Positions 28,473 to 38,441 of a DNA stretch of 64,000 bases are shown piece after piece (position 1 is the stretch's first letter; every line of letters starts with the position of its first letter). The translations under genes and the position numbers were made by a program. The stretch is from a bacterium (GTDB lineage Bacteria > UBA8248), in the NCBI GenBank assembly GCA_965219955.1, contig OZ244799.1:1-64000 (forward strand), written 5' to 3'. Under the pieces are notes generated by a model, which saw only the letters and a list, made by a program, of their open reading frames with translations, was not told where the DNA came from and did not search any database.

Positions 28473-31400
28473 CTATGTTTGGGTAACAGGTTTCCTGTAA
28501 TCCTTGAGTTGCCGGATAAGCGGTATCGCGCCGCAAACCAGGCCTGTGACCATCATGGTGACGCTGAAGAAAATAACGAACAGGATGAATGTGACAAAGC
28601 AGACAAACAAGAGAATCCGCTCGTATTTGTAGAGCCTACTCAGAAGCCAGCCCTGTGTTCCCGCAGAGAAAGCGATGAATCCCAGAAGCGTAATGGATGC
28701 GGATAGCGCAACGCGCAACGGACTCGCGAACGTAAGCAGCGCCGGGTCGAACATGAACAAAAACGGCACGATGAAACCCACGATGGCGAAGCGGAGAGAC
28801 ATCATGGACGTCTTGAAATAGGGGGCTCCGGCCAGCTTGGCCCCAACGAGCGAGGCTATCGCCACGGGCGGCGTAATGGCGGAGAGGATCGCGAAGTAGA
28901 AGATGAACATATGGGCCGCGACCCGGTCTCCTTTTGCGGCCACGAACTCCTTGACCCATTCCGCTCCATAAATATGCGTGAGTTCAGGCCCCACGAGCTT
29001 GATAAGCACGGGTCCGCCCAGGATAGCGAGCAATACATAGGCCGCCGTCGTCGGCATTCCCATTCCCAATATCGCACAGCAAACAGCCGTGAGAAGCAAC
29101 GCAACGAAAAAGCCGTCGAGACCGATATAATACGCGCACCCCCCACCCGCTGCGGCGCCGAATACGCAAATATCCTGGGCGAGGGCCTCGATCATGAATG
29201 CGAATTTGTTTCCCACGCCCGTAATGGTCAAGACTTGAACGACAACTTCGATCGTAGCCAGCGTCACGGCGAATTCGGCCCCTTGTCTACCCCCTACCCT
29301 CAAGGCATCGCGAATTCTGAATATCCAGTCAGAAGCGCTCTGCGCGGCCTGTACATCCGGGCCTGCCTCTCCCGCCTTATTCGCTCGATACAGATATGTA
29401 AACGGATTGCAGGACACGGCCAATACTTGTTTCACGCTCGGTGTTGAACCATTCTCCTCGGGTTCTTGCGAACCAAAAGAAAAAATGACTTTTTGCACGA
29501 TAATAGCCAACCCGAAAAAGATAAGGCCGTCATAGATAAACCCGAAGGGAACAAACCATTCGCCGAAATTCGCTATGGCGGGGACGATCGCATAAATCCC
29601 TTTCTGCACATAATAGGCGCCCACCCAAATCATGACGAATAGCCAAGGTATGATCGTGGAGGGCTGCGTTCGACTTCCCCTGGAAACGGACCACACGCTA
29701 AGCAAGGCCAGCACGAGAGCGACTCCTGCAACGCCGGAAGACCAGCCAAAGGCAAACCAGAAACCCAGCAAAGTGAGCGGAAATATGGCCAGCCAGTTGC
29801 GTTCTATCTCACGCCAGAATTCACCCACCCAGGAGAATATGCGAGCGGAAACGCTAACCAGAAGAAATCCTGTAATGGCTAAGGACAGGGCGGCTCTTAT
29901 TACTGCACCCAAAGTTGGTTTCCCATAGATGCCTAGCGGCAAACCGAAACCCAACTCGAAAACCGTGAGCAACGCGTATAGGAAAAATGCGAAAACCCAA
30001 AATGTAACCGGCACAAAAACGAATACATCATCCGCGATTGTCTTATCACCCCGCCTCAATGTACCCAAAAATTCCGTTACATTCCGGTAAAACCAGATGC
30101 CCACCATAATGAAAACCGACATGACACCCGCAAACACAGGCGTTCTGCCCTCAAAGAGGAAATAGACCAAAAACGCCAGGGGCACGAGATAAAACCACCC
30201 GTTCTTGAGTTCCGTCTTCCAACTCGGAATCTCGGAAGCCGGCAGTGGCTTGATATTCAGCGCTCCGGCTGCGAAGTGGATATTGATCCCCACGATGGTG
30301 AAATACAGGATTGCAGGTATGGTGGCGTATCCGATGATATGGAAATACGGCACCTCGATAAGTTCGCTCATGATGAAGGCGCCCGCCCCCATGACCGGCG
30401 GCATAATCTGCCCCCCACTGCTGGCCGCCGCTTCCGCTGCTCCGGCGATGTGCGGGCTCAGGCCTATCCGCTTCATCAACGGAATCGTGAACGTGCCGGT
30501 GGTAACGACGTTGCCGGATGCGCTGCCCGATACCGTACCCATCAGGGCGCTTGAACCCACGGCGGCGAGGCCGGCGCCCGCGCGCATTTTTCCGAACAAA
30601 CCCAAGGCGAAATTCACAAAAAAGCGGCCTGCGCCCGATTCATGCAAAAATGCTCCGAGAATAAGAAACATGATGATAAACGTGGCCGATATGACTACCA
30701 AAAAGCCCAATACGCCACCAATGAAATCCGTCGAGAGTTTCGCCTGAAGTTCAATCCACGTGTGACCACCATGACCAAAAGGTGCCGCGAAGAGATTGCC
30801 CCATATCCCATAAGTGAAGGCAATAACCGCCAACGTCGGGAGGGGAGGGCCGAAACAACGCCTGGTCAATTCGAGTGCAACGACAAGCATGACGAAGCCG
30901 ACGCGCGCATCTCCAATCGTCGGAGCACCCGGGCGATCGACCATCTCTTCGTGGTAATAGAACAGGTACAGGCATGCGGTCGCCACGAAGAAAAGCATCC
31001 CTGCGTTCAAGCCAACCGTGAAGCCTGCCGGAAAAGGATGTGCGGGGTATTCCTGAAATACTTCTTTGATGCGTCTTTTGGCCCAGAAAAGAGGAAAAAC
31101 AAGTATGAATACAGGCCACAGATAGATAACGCTTCTTACTTCATCGCTTTGCCCGGCCCATAATCCTGTCCGCCACCCTATCAAAGTAAGCGCTATAAAA
31201 AAAATCAGAAGAAAACCACCCGCTTTTTTCACGCCCTCGGCAGGCCTGAAGAAGATCGCAAATAATGTCCACATCGTGGGAATTGCTGAGCACGCAATTA
31301 ACAACCACCAGGAGGTGGGCTCATGCGTGCTTTCAGGCAAAGAATCCCAATACAAGAAAAGTATCGGCGCAGGAACAAAGCCCAGAACCCAGAGCAATAG

Positions 31401-31799
31401 CGCAAGCCATGATTTCTCGACAACCATCATGGCTATCCAGATAGCGAACGGGAGCGCATAGACCCACCAAACGCTTGTGTCGGACCAGCCTTCTCCCATC
31501 TCGTATACAAAATAATAGAAAATGACTACTGGAAACAAAGATAATAGATACAAAACGGGAAGAAAGTTCAATTTGCGAATTTTATCCCCATATATCTGAG
31601 GCATCGCCCCGGCGCCGCCGATTAACAGAATGCTATAGGCTAATAACATGTGCATGTTGGGGTGCATCTCACCCGGCAATGGCCGGAGATAAACGGCGGA
31701 AATGTGATACAAACCCGAAAGCACACACAACCATGAAGTGACAAAAACTAGAGTCCTTACAAGAGGAGCTGACTGGGAGGGGTCTGATTCAGTAGCCAT
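28473..31799 (-). CDS. Oversized TRAP fused permease (~1108 aa)
   Basis: GTVSGSASGNVVTTGTFTIPLMK, ASSGGQIMPPVMGAGAF, GMGMPTTAAY, ITPPVA; many extra hydrophobic segments. Confidence 0.88.
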   Translation of the reverse strand: MATESDPSQSAPLVRTLVFVTSWLCVLSGLYHISAVYLRPLPGEMHPNMHMLLAYSILLIGGAGAMPQIYGDKIRKLNFLPVLYLLSLFPVVIFYYFVYEMGEGWSDTSVWWVYALPFAIWIAMMVVEKSWLALLLWVLGFVPAPILFLYWDSLPESTHEPTSWWLLIACSAIPTMWTLFAIFFRPAEGVKKAGGFLLIFFIALTLIGWRTGLWAGQSDEVRSVIYLWPVFILVFPLFWAKRRIKEVFQEYPAHPFPAGFTVGLNAGMLFFVATACLYLFYYHEEMVDRPGAPTIGDARVGFVMLVVALELTRRCFGPPLPTLAVIAFTYGIWGNLFAAPFGHGGHTWIELQAKLSTDFIGGVLGFLVVISATFIIMFLILGAFLHESGAGRFFVNFALGLFGKMRAGAGLAAVGSSALMGTVSGSASGNVVTTGTFTIPLMKRIGLSPHIAGAAEAAASSGGQIMPPVMGAGAFIMSELIEVPYFHIIGYATIPAILYFTIVGINIHFAAGALNIKPLPASEIPSWKTELKNGWFYLVPLAFLVYFLFEGRTPVFAGVMSVFIMVGIWFYRNVTEFLGTLRRGDKTIADDVFVFVPVTFWVFAFFLYALLTVFELGFGLPLGIYGKPTLGAVIRAALSLAITGFLLVSVSARIFSWVGEFWREIERNWLAIFPLTLLGFWFAFGWSSGVAGVALVLALLSVWSVSRGSRTQPSTIIPWLFVMIWVGAYYVQKGIYAIVPAIANFGEWFVPFGFIYDGLIFFGLAIIVQKVIFSFGSQEPEENGSTPSVKQVLAVSCNPFTYLYRANKAGEAGPDVQAAQSASDWIFRIRDALRVGGRQGAEFAVTLATIEVVVQVLTITGVGNKFAFMIEALAQDICVFGAAAGGGCAYYIGLDGFFVALLLTAVCCAILGMGMPTTAAYVLLAILGGPVLIKLVGPELTHIYGAEWVKEFVAAKGDRVAAHMFIFYFAILSAITPPVAIASLVGAKLAGAPYFKTSMMSLRFAIVGFIVPFLFMFDPALLTFASPLRVALSASITLLGFIAFSAGTQGWLLSRLYKYERILLFVCFVTFILFVIFFSVTMMVTGLVCGAIPLIRQLKDYRKPVTQT

Positions 31800-32087
31800 A
31801 GGTCTAGTTCTTTCCTTTCCCCACGTTCGTGGTTGTATCTTGGCAAACAATTCTTGAGATAATGGATGATTCCATTCTAGCGATAGCTTTGCTATTTTGC
31901 CAGTGATTCAGGAATCTATCAGCGATTGTAACCACCCTATTGACCAAAGTATATGGTTTTGCTTTAGTATAGCCACTTCGATTTAAAATACAGGGTCGGT
32001 ATTTTAATTATGGGTTTCGACTTTGCAAACCGAACCTAAGGTTGAAACTCAAATGTTTCATTTCTATACCTCGAAAAGGAGATACAA

Positions 32088-33059
32088 ATGAGGAAATCCA
32101 CGCTTCGGCTGATTACGTTGGCGGCAGGTCTTGCCCTTCTGATCGGCACTGCCCCGACGGCGAACGCAGCCAAAATACTCATGGGAACATCCCAGCCCGG
32201 CGGCGCCACCTTTGAAATCGGGACCGCGATGGGCAAAGTCATCACGGATAATTCGGGCGGAAAGATCCAAGTGGAAACATCCGTCACCGGCGGTTCTACC
32301 GCAAACGTCCGAATCCTCCAGAAGAAGGACAAGAACCAGGCCTTGCGTATAGGTATGGCCACCGCACCTGCTGTCTCTTGGGGGCAAACAGGTAGAAAAC
32401 CCTTCAAGAAACCCCAAGACGTATTGGCGTTAGGGGCCCTGTACCCATTGACGACCGTCTACACCACCTTTAAGACCACCGGAATCAAAAAATGGTCCGA
32501 TCTCACCGGCAAAAGATTCGTCGTTGGCGGTCGTGGAGGTTCCATTTACATCGTTACACAGCTTGCACTCAAACACAGCGGCGTAAAAGCGAAAAAAGAA
32601 TTCTTCAACAACAACCAGAATTCGGCCGCCATCAAAGACCAAAGGGTGGACGCAGGCTTTTTCTTCCTGAACGCGAATGTTCCCGCACCCGTATATATGG
32701 ATCTCGCTCGCACACTCTCGGGCAAACTCCATTTCTTCGGTCCTGATGAGGCCACAATCAAAAAGCTGGCCGTCAACGAAGCGGGTATCGTACGCGATGT
32801 CGTGGCTGCCGGCTCCATCCCGGGTTACAACAAAGATGTCGTAAGCTGGGGACAGATGTGGACTTTGATGACCAACAGCAAAATGAGCAATGCCAACGCA
32901 TACGGGCTCGTCAAGGCCCTGTACGACAATCACAAACAAATCACCAAATACCATCCAACCGGGAGATACGTTACGAAAAAGACCGGCCTTCGCGGGATGA
33001 AGAAACTCAAAATCCACCCGGGTGCGGCACGCTACTGGAAAGAGGCGGGCATGATGTAA
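32088..33059 (+). CDS. TAXI-family TRAP solute-binding protein
   Basis: Signal peptide, GTSQPGG, TGGSTAN, IHPGAARYWKE. Confidence 0.9.
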   Translation: MRKSTLRLITLAAGLALLIGTAPTANAAKILMGTSQPGGATFEIGTAMGKVITDNSGGKIQVETSVTGGSTANVRILQKKDKNQALRIGMATAPAVSWGQTGRKPFKKPQDVLALGALYPLTTVYTTFKTTGIKKWSDLTGKRFVVGGRGGSIYIVTQLALKHSGVKAKKEFFNNNQNSAAIKDQRVDAGFFFLNANVPAPVYMDLARTLSGKLHFFGPDEATIKKLAVNEAGIVRDVVAAGSIPGYNKDVVSWGQMWTLMTNSKMSNANAYGLVKALYDNHKQITKYHPTGRYVTKKTGLRGMKKLKIHPGAARYWKEAGMM

Positions 33060-33074
33060 GCAACAACAAGCCCT

Positions 33075-33105
33075 AAAAACCCCCTGCTTCGGCGGGGGGT
33101 TTTTT
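33075..33105 (+). terminator. Intrinsic terminator
   Basis: aaaaacccccTGC-ttcg-GCGggggg then T-tract, just after the TAXI stop. Confidence 0.85.
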
Positions 33106-33196
33106 GTTGTCTGATCATGCTCGTTATGGGCCCTGGAAATGTTATGATGGCCGAATCTTACCTGCGGCCAGATAATTCATTCCAGGGGGGAAGAAA

Positions 33197-33805
33197 ATGA
33201 ACACACCCGGTTTTGAAACCTTTCATCTCGTAAAACCCGATGAAGCCGAAAGCGAGGTTTCACAAATTTATGATGAGATATGCCGATTGAAAGACCCGCG
33301 CTGGCTGGGGCCTTTGTTCGGTTTTTTCGCCCATGTCCCAGGCCTCTTGCGTGGATTCTGGGAACTCCAAAAACGCTTGGAAGTTTTAGACGGCCACATT
33401 TCACGCGAGTTGACCAATCGCATCGCGATGGTTTGCGCGGTCGCCTCAGATTGTCCCCGTTGCGTGAATTTCCACAAAACCGACCTAATCCACCGCATGG
33501 AACTCGATGAGTATGAAGTCGAAAAACTCCATGACTTTGAAAATGCAGATTTGCCCGAGTCGGAAAAAGCCGTATTCCGCGTGGCCAGAAAACTTACGCT
33601 CAACGAACAACTGACTGACGAAGAGTTTCAGGCGTTGCGCGAGCACGGCTTTGACGAGCCGGCCATCGTGGAGATCGTCTCGGTCGCTCTGCTGGAGGGT
33701 GGTTTCGCCCGCCACGCAAGCGTTTTGGCCCGTTTTGAGGACGGGATGGACTGGCCGGCGCAACATACCCCATCCGCCGAATACCGAAGCGTCATCGACC
33801 GCTAA
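33197..33805 (+). CDS. AhpD/carboxymuconolactone decarboxylase-like protein
   Basis: IYDEI, IA.V.A..S.CPRCVNFH (CxxC..H), LREHGFDE..IVEI. Confidence 0.8.
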   Translation: MNTPGFETFHLVKPDEAESEVSQIYDEICRLKDPRWLGPLFGFFAHVPGLLRGFWELQKRLEVLDGHISRELTNRIAMVCAVASDCPRCVNFHKTDLIHRMELDEYEVEKLHDFENADLPESEKAVFRVARKLTLNEQLTDEEFQALREHGFDEPAIVEIVSVALLEGGFARHASVLARFEDGMDWPAQHTPSAEYRSVIDR

Positions 33806-34346
33806 AGGCTTACGGACTTATTGGTGCTAGCCGAAAAAAAGAGTTTATTTTTTGCTACGAACTTGTGTGAGAAGACTTTTTGGGGTTTGTGTATTTTCAG
33901 CCGCTTTGCTTGCGTGAAGATTTTTGGGCTGAGTCAAGGGGGATTGGGGCGGCGCTTTCTTTGTAACGTCATACTTGGGTGATTCGGCGGGGTAGTTGTA
34001 AAGGGTAACCAGGCACGCATCGGTTCTGCCGAGCGTTCCTTCGGCAAACGCGCTGGACACGCTCACAAGAAAGAAAACAACCAACCCCAGAACTTTCAGA
34101 CAGCCCACAAAATAATCCCCAAGAATAGATTCATTAGAATACATACCGGACGAGCATACCATGAATGTCGATGAAACGGTTCTTCAGCTTGACCCGTGAA
34201 TTTGTCATGTTGAAAAACAATCTCGACCACTATAAAGTTAGGCAAGCATTCAAAAACTGCAACTTTACAAATATGGCGGGTGGTGCTAGGCATTCATTCG
34301 CTTATTTATTTGGAACCTTCACACCTTTACTTGGAAGCTTTATCCC

Positions 34347-36305
34347 GTGCCGGAATCCAAGAATTTGATGAAAATGATAAAGATCGACAAATCCTTTCCG
34401 GGTGTTCATGCGCTCAAAGAGGTCGATTTCGATCTCGAAGAAGGCGAAGTCCATATATTACTGGGTGAAAACGGAGCCGGAAAATCCACGCTCATCAAAA
34501 TTCTAGCGGGAATTTATCACGCCGACTCAGGTCAAATCGAGATCAACGAATCGCCTACAATAATTCCCGACGCCAGAACCGGTCGCGATTTGGGAATCAG
34601 CGTCATCTACCAGGAACTGAACCTGGTGCCCGATCTGAGTGTGGCCAAAAACATCTTTCTTGGTCGCGAGCCAGTTTTGCCCGGCGTCATGAGACGCGTG
34701 GATTGGGCCAAAGTCGAACAGGAATCCCGTGCGATCATGGAGCGCCTGGATGTGAGAATCGACGTCAACGCGCCGGTCCGCTCTCTGAGCGTGGCCGATC
34801 AGCAAATGGTGGAGATCGCCCGGGCCCTCGCATTTGATTGCAAGATTTTGGTGATGGATGAACCCACGTCTTCTTTGAGCGGCCATGAAATCGAGGAACT
34901 CTTCAAGGCAGTCAACCGTTTGCGGGAACAAGGCGTCGGCATCATCTATATTTCCCACCGACTTGAAGAAGTCCACGAGATTGGAGATCGCGTTACCGTT
35001 CTGCGCGACGGGGAATACATGGGTACATGGGAAGTAAAAGATGTGGAACTCGATTTCCTGATCACACAGATGGTGGGACGCACACTCGATGAGAAATTCC
35101 CCTGGTCGCCCCGTGATCGTGGAGAAGTGGCATTGCGGGTGCGTGGACTCACCCGAAACGGCGCATTCGAAGACATTAATTTTGATCTCCATTATGGCGA
35201 AATCGTCGGCCTCTCGGGTCTCGTCGGCGCGGGAAGAACCGAAGTGGCTCGGGCCGTGATGGGCGCGGATCCTGTTGATGACGGCACCGTCGAGATGACC
35301 AACGCGACAAAAGAGAAAGAAGAGATACAAAAACTACCCCACTATCCGATTTGGGTGGCGCTCGTTGATGTGGTTGTCTTTATCCTGGCTTTGCCTTTGT
35401 TCACCGTCATCTTCCAGGGAATTTACGATCCTTTCACGCTCAACATGAACTCGCCACCACCACTTTTCAGTGGAAATTGGTTTTATGAATGGATCCTTGG
35501 TGGCCCGTTATACAACATTCCGAACGGCCCCACTCCCTATCTTGTCGCCGCCGGATTGGCCGTCATAAGACAATTGGGACTTTGGTTTCTTGAGCGTCAG
35601 TATCGTTGGCGTACTCTGGCTATTGACTTTGCAAGCTGGTACGCCCTGGCGATAGGAGCGATGGTCATTACGAGTTTATTTACCCAAAATTTCATTCTCG
35701 AATGGGTCATGATCTGGGGTGGCGTCGCTATGGTTGTCCTTCGATTCCTGACAATCCTCACCCATGAGCGCAAGTGGACTCCAACCTTGGCCATACGACG
35801 CGGGTTGGGGCTACTGCCCGAAGACAGAAAGACCCAGGGCCTCACCCAGGTCCTATCGGTTGCCTTTAACACCACTAGCGCAAACCTTCGCCGCCTCATC
35901 AAGCGATGGCTGCTCAATCTGACCATGGAGAAAGACTTCGTCGATGAGCATATCGATCAACTAAAAATCATGACGCCGGACCAGGAGACGCAAATACGCT
36001 TTCTCTCGGGCGGTAATCAGCAAAAAGTCGTACTCGCAAAATGGCTCTTCAGGCGCGCCAACGTACTCATCTTTGATGAACCGACTCGCGGAATCGACGT
36101 AGGCGCGAAATTCGAAGTTCACACACAGATGCTGCAACTCGCCAAAGATGGCGCAGCTGTAATGATGATATCGAGTGAACTGCCCGAGATTCTCGGGATG
36201 AGCGATCGCATTCTGGTCATGCGTGAAGGACGGCTCACCGCAGACATCGACAGGGATGAAGCAACGCAGGAAGGAATTCTGCGTTACGCCATGACCGCGG
36301 ATTGA
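34347..36305 (+). CDS. Sugar ABC transporter ATP-binding protein (RbsA/MglA type) with a hydrophobic insertion
   Basis: GENGAGKST, MDEPT, ISHRL, GLVGAGRTE, PEDRK, LSGGNQQKV, FDEPTRGIDVGAK, SSELPE; 652 aa versus ~500 typical. Confidence 0.9.
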   Translation: MPESKNLMKMIKIDKSFPGVHALKEVDFDLEEGEVHILLGENGAGKSTLIKILAGIYHADSGQIEINESPTIIPDARTGRDLGISVIYQELNLVPDLSVAKNIFLGREPVLPGVMRRVDWAKVEQESRAIMERLDVRIDVNAPVRSLSVADQQMVEIARALAFDCKILVMDEPTSSLSGHEIEELFKAVNRLREQGVGIIYISHRLEEVHEIGDRVTVLRDGEYMGTWEVKDVELDFLITQMVGRTLDEKFPWSPRDRGEVALRVRGLTRNGAFEDINFDLHYGEIVGLSGLVGAGRTEVARAVMGADPVDDGTVEMTNATKEKEEIQKLPHYPIWVALVDVVVFILALPLFTVIFQGIYDPFTLNMNSPPPLFSGNWFYEWILGGPLYNIPNGPTPYLVAAGLAVIRQLGLWFLERQYRWRTLAIDFASWYALAIGAMVITSLFTQNFILEWVMIWGGVAMVVLRFLTILTHERKWTPTLAIRRGLGLLPEDRKTQGLTQVLSVAFNTTSANLRRLIKRWLLNLTMEKDFVDEHIDQLKIMTPDQETQIRFLSGGNQQKVVLAKWLFRRANVLIFDEPTRGIDVGAKFEVHTQMLQLAKDGAAVMMISSELPEILGMSDRILVMREGRLTADIDRDEATQEGILRYAMTAD

Positions 36306-36327
36306 TCCGCGTTCGGAGGTAGATTTA

Positions 36328-37341
36328 ATGAGTGCCGCAGCTTCAACGGATACTGAGAAAGTCTTTCTAGGTTATTCTGTCAAGGATATCCCCTGGGAGC
36401 GGGTACTCCTCATTTCCGCGTTTGTCGTCTTGATGATCTTCTACACTTTCGCGACCGAAAATTTCCTCACCCTCGAAAACTTCGTGAACGTCGTGCGCCG
36501 AGACGCATGGCTCTTCTTTTTGGCCTATGCCCAAACGTTGGTCATCGTTTCGGCGGGGTTCGACCTCTCGCAAGGCTCCATCATGAGCGTGGTGAGTGTC
36601 ATGGCCTGGAGTGCGATGCTGCACTTCGGGTTTTTTGTTGGCCTCATCGCCGGCCTCGGTATCGGTCTGCTGTGCGGCGTCATCAATGGGTTTTTCGTCG
36701 GCGTGGCAAGGGTGCAGCCGTTCATCGCGACCCTGGGGATGCTCTTCATCGGCAGCGGCGCGGCCCAGCTTTGGACCGGCGGCCTTCAAATGGGGGGTGC
36801 GCGCGAGGGCGCAACCTTGCCCAAACACGTCGAAGATGCTTATGTCCTTTTGGCTAAAGGAAACCTGGGTCCCATCCCCTTCACCTTCATCTGGATACTC
36901 ATCGCACTGGGCACCATGTGGTATCTGCTCAAATACACCCGCTTCGGCACTTATGTGTATGCTTTGGGCGGAAACGAACAAACAGCGATTTCCGCGGGAA
37001 TCAACTTTCCCGCCATGAAGATCGCCATTTTCGGCATAGGCGGTCTTCTGTGCGGTTTCGCAGGGCTTCTTCTTTCAGCGAGCGTCAGCGCGGCGGGCGA
37101 ACCGAGACTGGGCGGAGGCGATCAACTGCTCCAATCGATCGGAGCGACCATCATCGGCGGCACGCATATATTTGGCGGTCGAGGGGGCGTGTTGGGTACG
37201 ACGCTGGGTGTTTTTCTGATCATATTCTTGGTGAATGGACTGAACATCATGGGAATCGACACCTACCGGCAACAAATCGTCGTCGGCTTGGTAATTCTTG
37301 CTTCCATCTGGGTCAGCACCCTGCGTGAGCAAAAAAACTAA
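36328..37341 (+). CDS. Sugar ABC transporter permease (RbsC type)
   Basis: GFDLS.G, PFIATLG, TRFG..YALGGNE, IIGGT..FGGRG. Confidence 0.9.
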   Translation: MSAAASTDTEKVFLGYSVKDIPWERVLLISAFVVLMIFYTFATENFLTLENFVNVVRRDAWLFFLAYAQTLVIVSAGFDLSQGSIMSVVSVMAWSAMLHFGFFVGLIAGLGIGLLCGVINGFFVGVARVQPFIATLGMLFIGSGAAQLWTGGLQMGGAREGATLPKHVEDAYVLLAKGNLGPIPFTFIWILIALGTMWYLLKYTRFGTYVYALGGNEQTAISAGINFPAMKIAIFGIGGLLCGFAGLLLSASVSAAGEPRLGGGDQLLQSIGATIIGGTHIFGGRGGVLGTTLGVFLIIFLVNGLNIMGIDTYRQQIVVGLVILASIWVSTLREQKN

Positions 37342-37356
37342 GGGAGATTCTAAATC

Positions 37357-38352
37357 ATGGCGAATGTAGCGGAGGTTCCGGTCAGACCTTCTGCCTCCTT
37401 ATTGGCCAAATTCAATTACGAAAAATATGGTTTACTCGTCGTGTTCATCTTGATGATGGTCATATTTTACATTCTCCAATTGATGGGCTACGTGAACAAC
37501 TTTATCGAAGCCCATAACCTGACCAACCAACTCAGAAACGCTTCTCTCCTGTTCTTCATCGTTGCTGGGCAAAGTATGGTGCTCCTGGTTTCAGGCATCG
37601 ATTTGAGCCAAGGTTCCTTGCTCAGCCTCTCGAGCGTCGTGATGGCGCAGGGCATACTGGATTTTGGCCTTGCCGTGGGCGTGTTGATGGGTATCGGAAT
37701 GGCGACGATGTTCGGTTTCATCAACGGCTACCTCGTGGGCCGCGTGAAAATACAACCTTTCATTGTCACCTTGAGTATGCTTTTCATCTGCGCCGGCATC
37801 GCGTTGGTATTCACGGGCGGACGCACTATTCATCAATTCACGAGTGAGCAAAAAGATATCCTGCAAACCATCGGCCTCACGGATTTTTTCCACATCCCCG
37901 GCACGCTGTTCATCGCCATTTTCTTTTTCATCATTCTCTATCTGCTGACGAAACGAACGGTGCTTGGCCGGGCAATTTATTTAACCGGCGGGAACGAAGA
38001 GGCCGCGCGCCTCTCTGGTATAGACACTGGCAAGGTGAAACTCATTTGCTATTTGATCAGCGGCATCTGCGTGGGCATCACCTCGTTCCTTTACCTGGCG
38101 AGACTTCCGGCCACGAACGGCCTCGCGGGGTTTCAGCTTGAATTCCAGTCCCTGGCGGCCACTGTGGTGGGAGGCACGACGTTCCACGGCGGCGAGGGCG
38201 GTGTGACGCAAGCCGCGATCGGGACGCTTTTCCTGACATTTTTGCTCAATGGCCTCATTCTCCTGGGTGTGGGCACATTCGCCCGGGAGGTGGTGGTAGG
38301 CGTTTTGCTGATTACGGCTGTGGTTTTGAGTTCCCGCAAGCGGCGGGAATAG
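37357..38352 (+). CDS. Sugar ABC transporter permease (RbsC type)
   Basis: GIDLS.G, PFIVTL, GGNEEAARLSGI, VVGGT..GGEG. Confidence 0.9.
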   Translation: MANVAEVPVRPSASLLAKFNYEKYGLLVVFILMMVIFYILQLMGYVNNFIEAHNLTNQLRNASLLFFIVAGQSMVLLVSGIDLSQGSLLSLSSVVMAQGILDFGLAVGVLMGIGMATMFGFINGYLVGRVKIQPFIVTLSMLFICAGIALVFTGGRTIHQFTSEQKDILQTIGLTDFFHIPGTLFIAIFFFIILYLLTKRTVLGRAIYLTGGNEEAARLSGIDTGKVKLICYLISGICVGITSFLYLARLPATNGLAGFQLEFQSLAATVVGGTTFHGGEGGVTQAAIGTLFLTFLLNGLILLGVGTFAREVVVGVLLITAVVLSSRKRRE

Positions 38353-38441
38353 GAAATATGTTTATACTGTAGTCATTTTTCCCTTTCGCGGAGGAGAGAA
38401 TATCCGTCCGTGAAACCCATTCTGCGACGAGGAGATTCACG

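Noticed and set aside
33845-34162. 105-aa minus-strand ORF with a signal-like stretch
   Set aside because: No recognisable family, unclear start and RBS; could be a small exported protein but is not supportable from sequence alone
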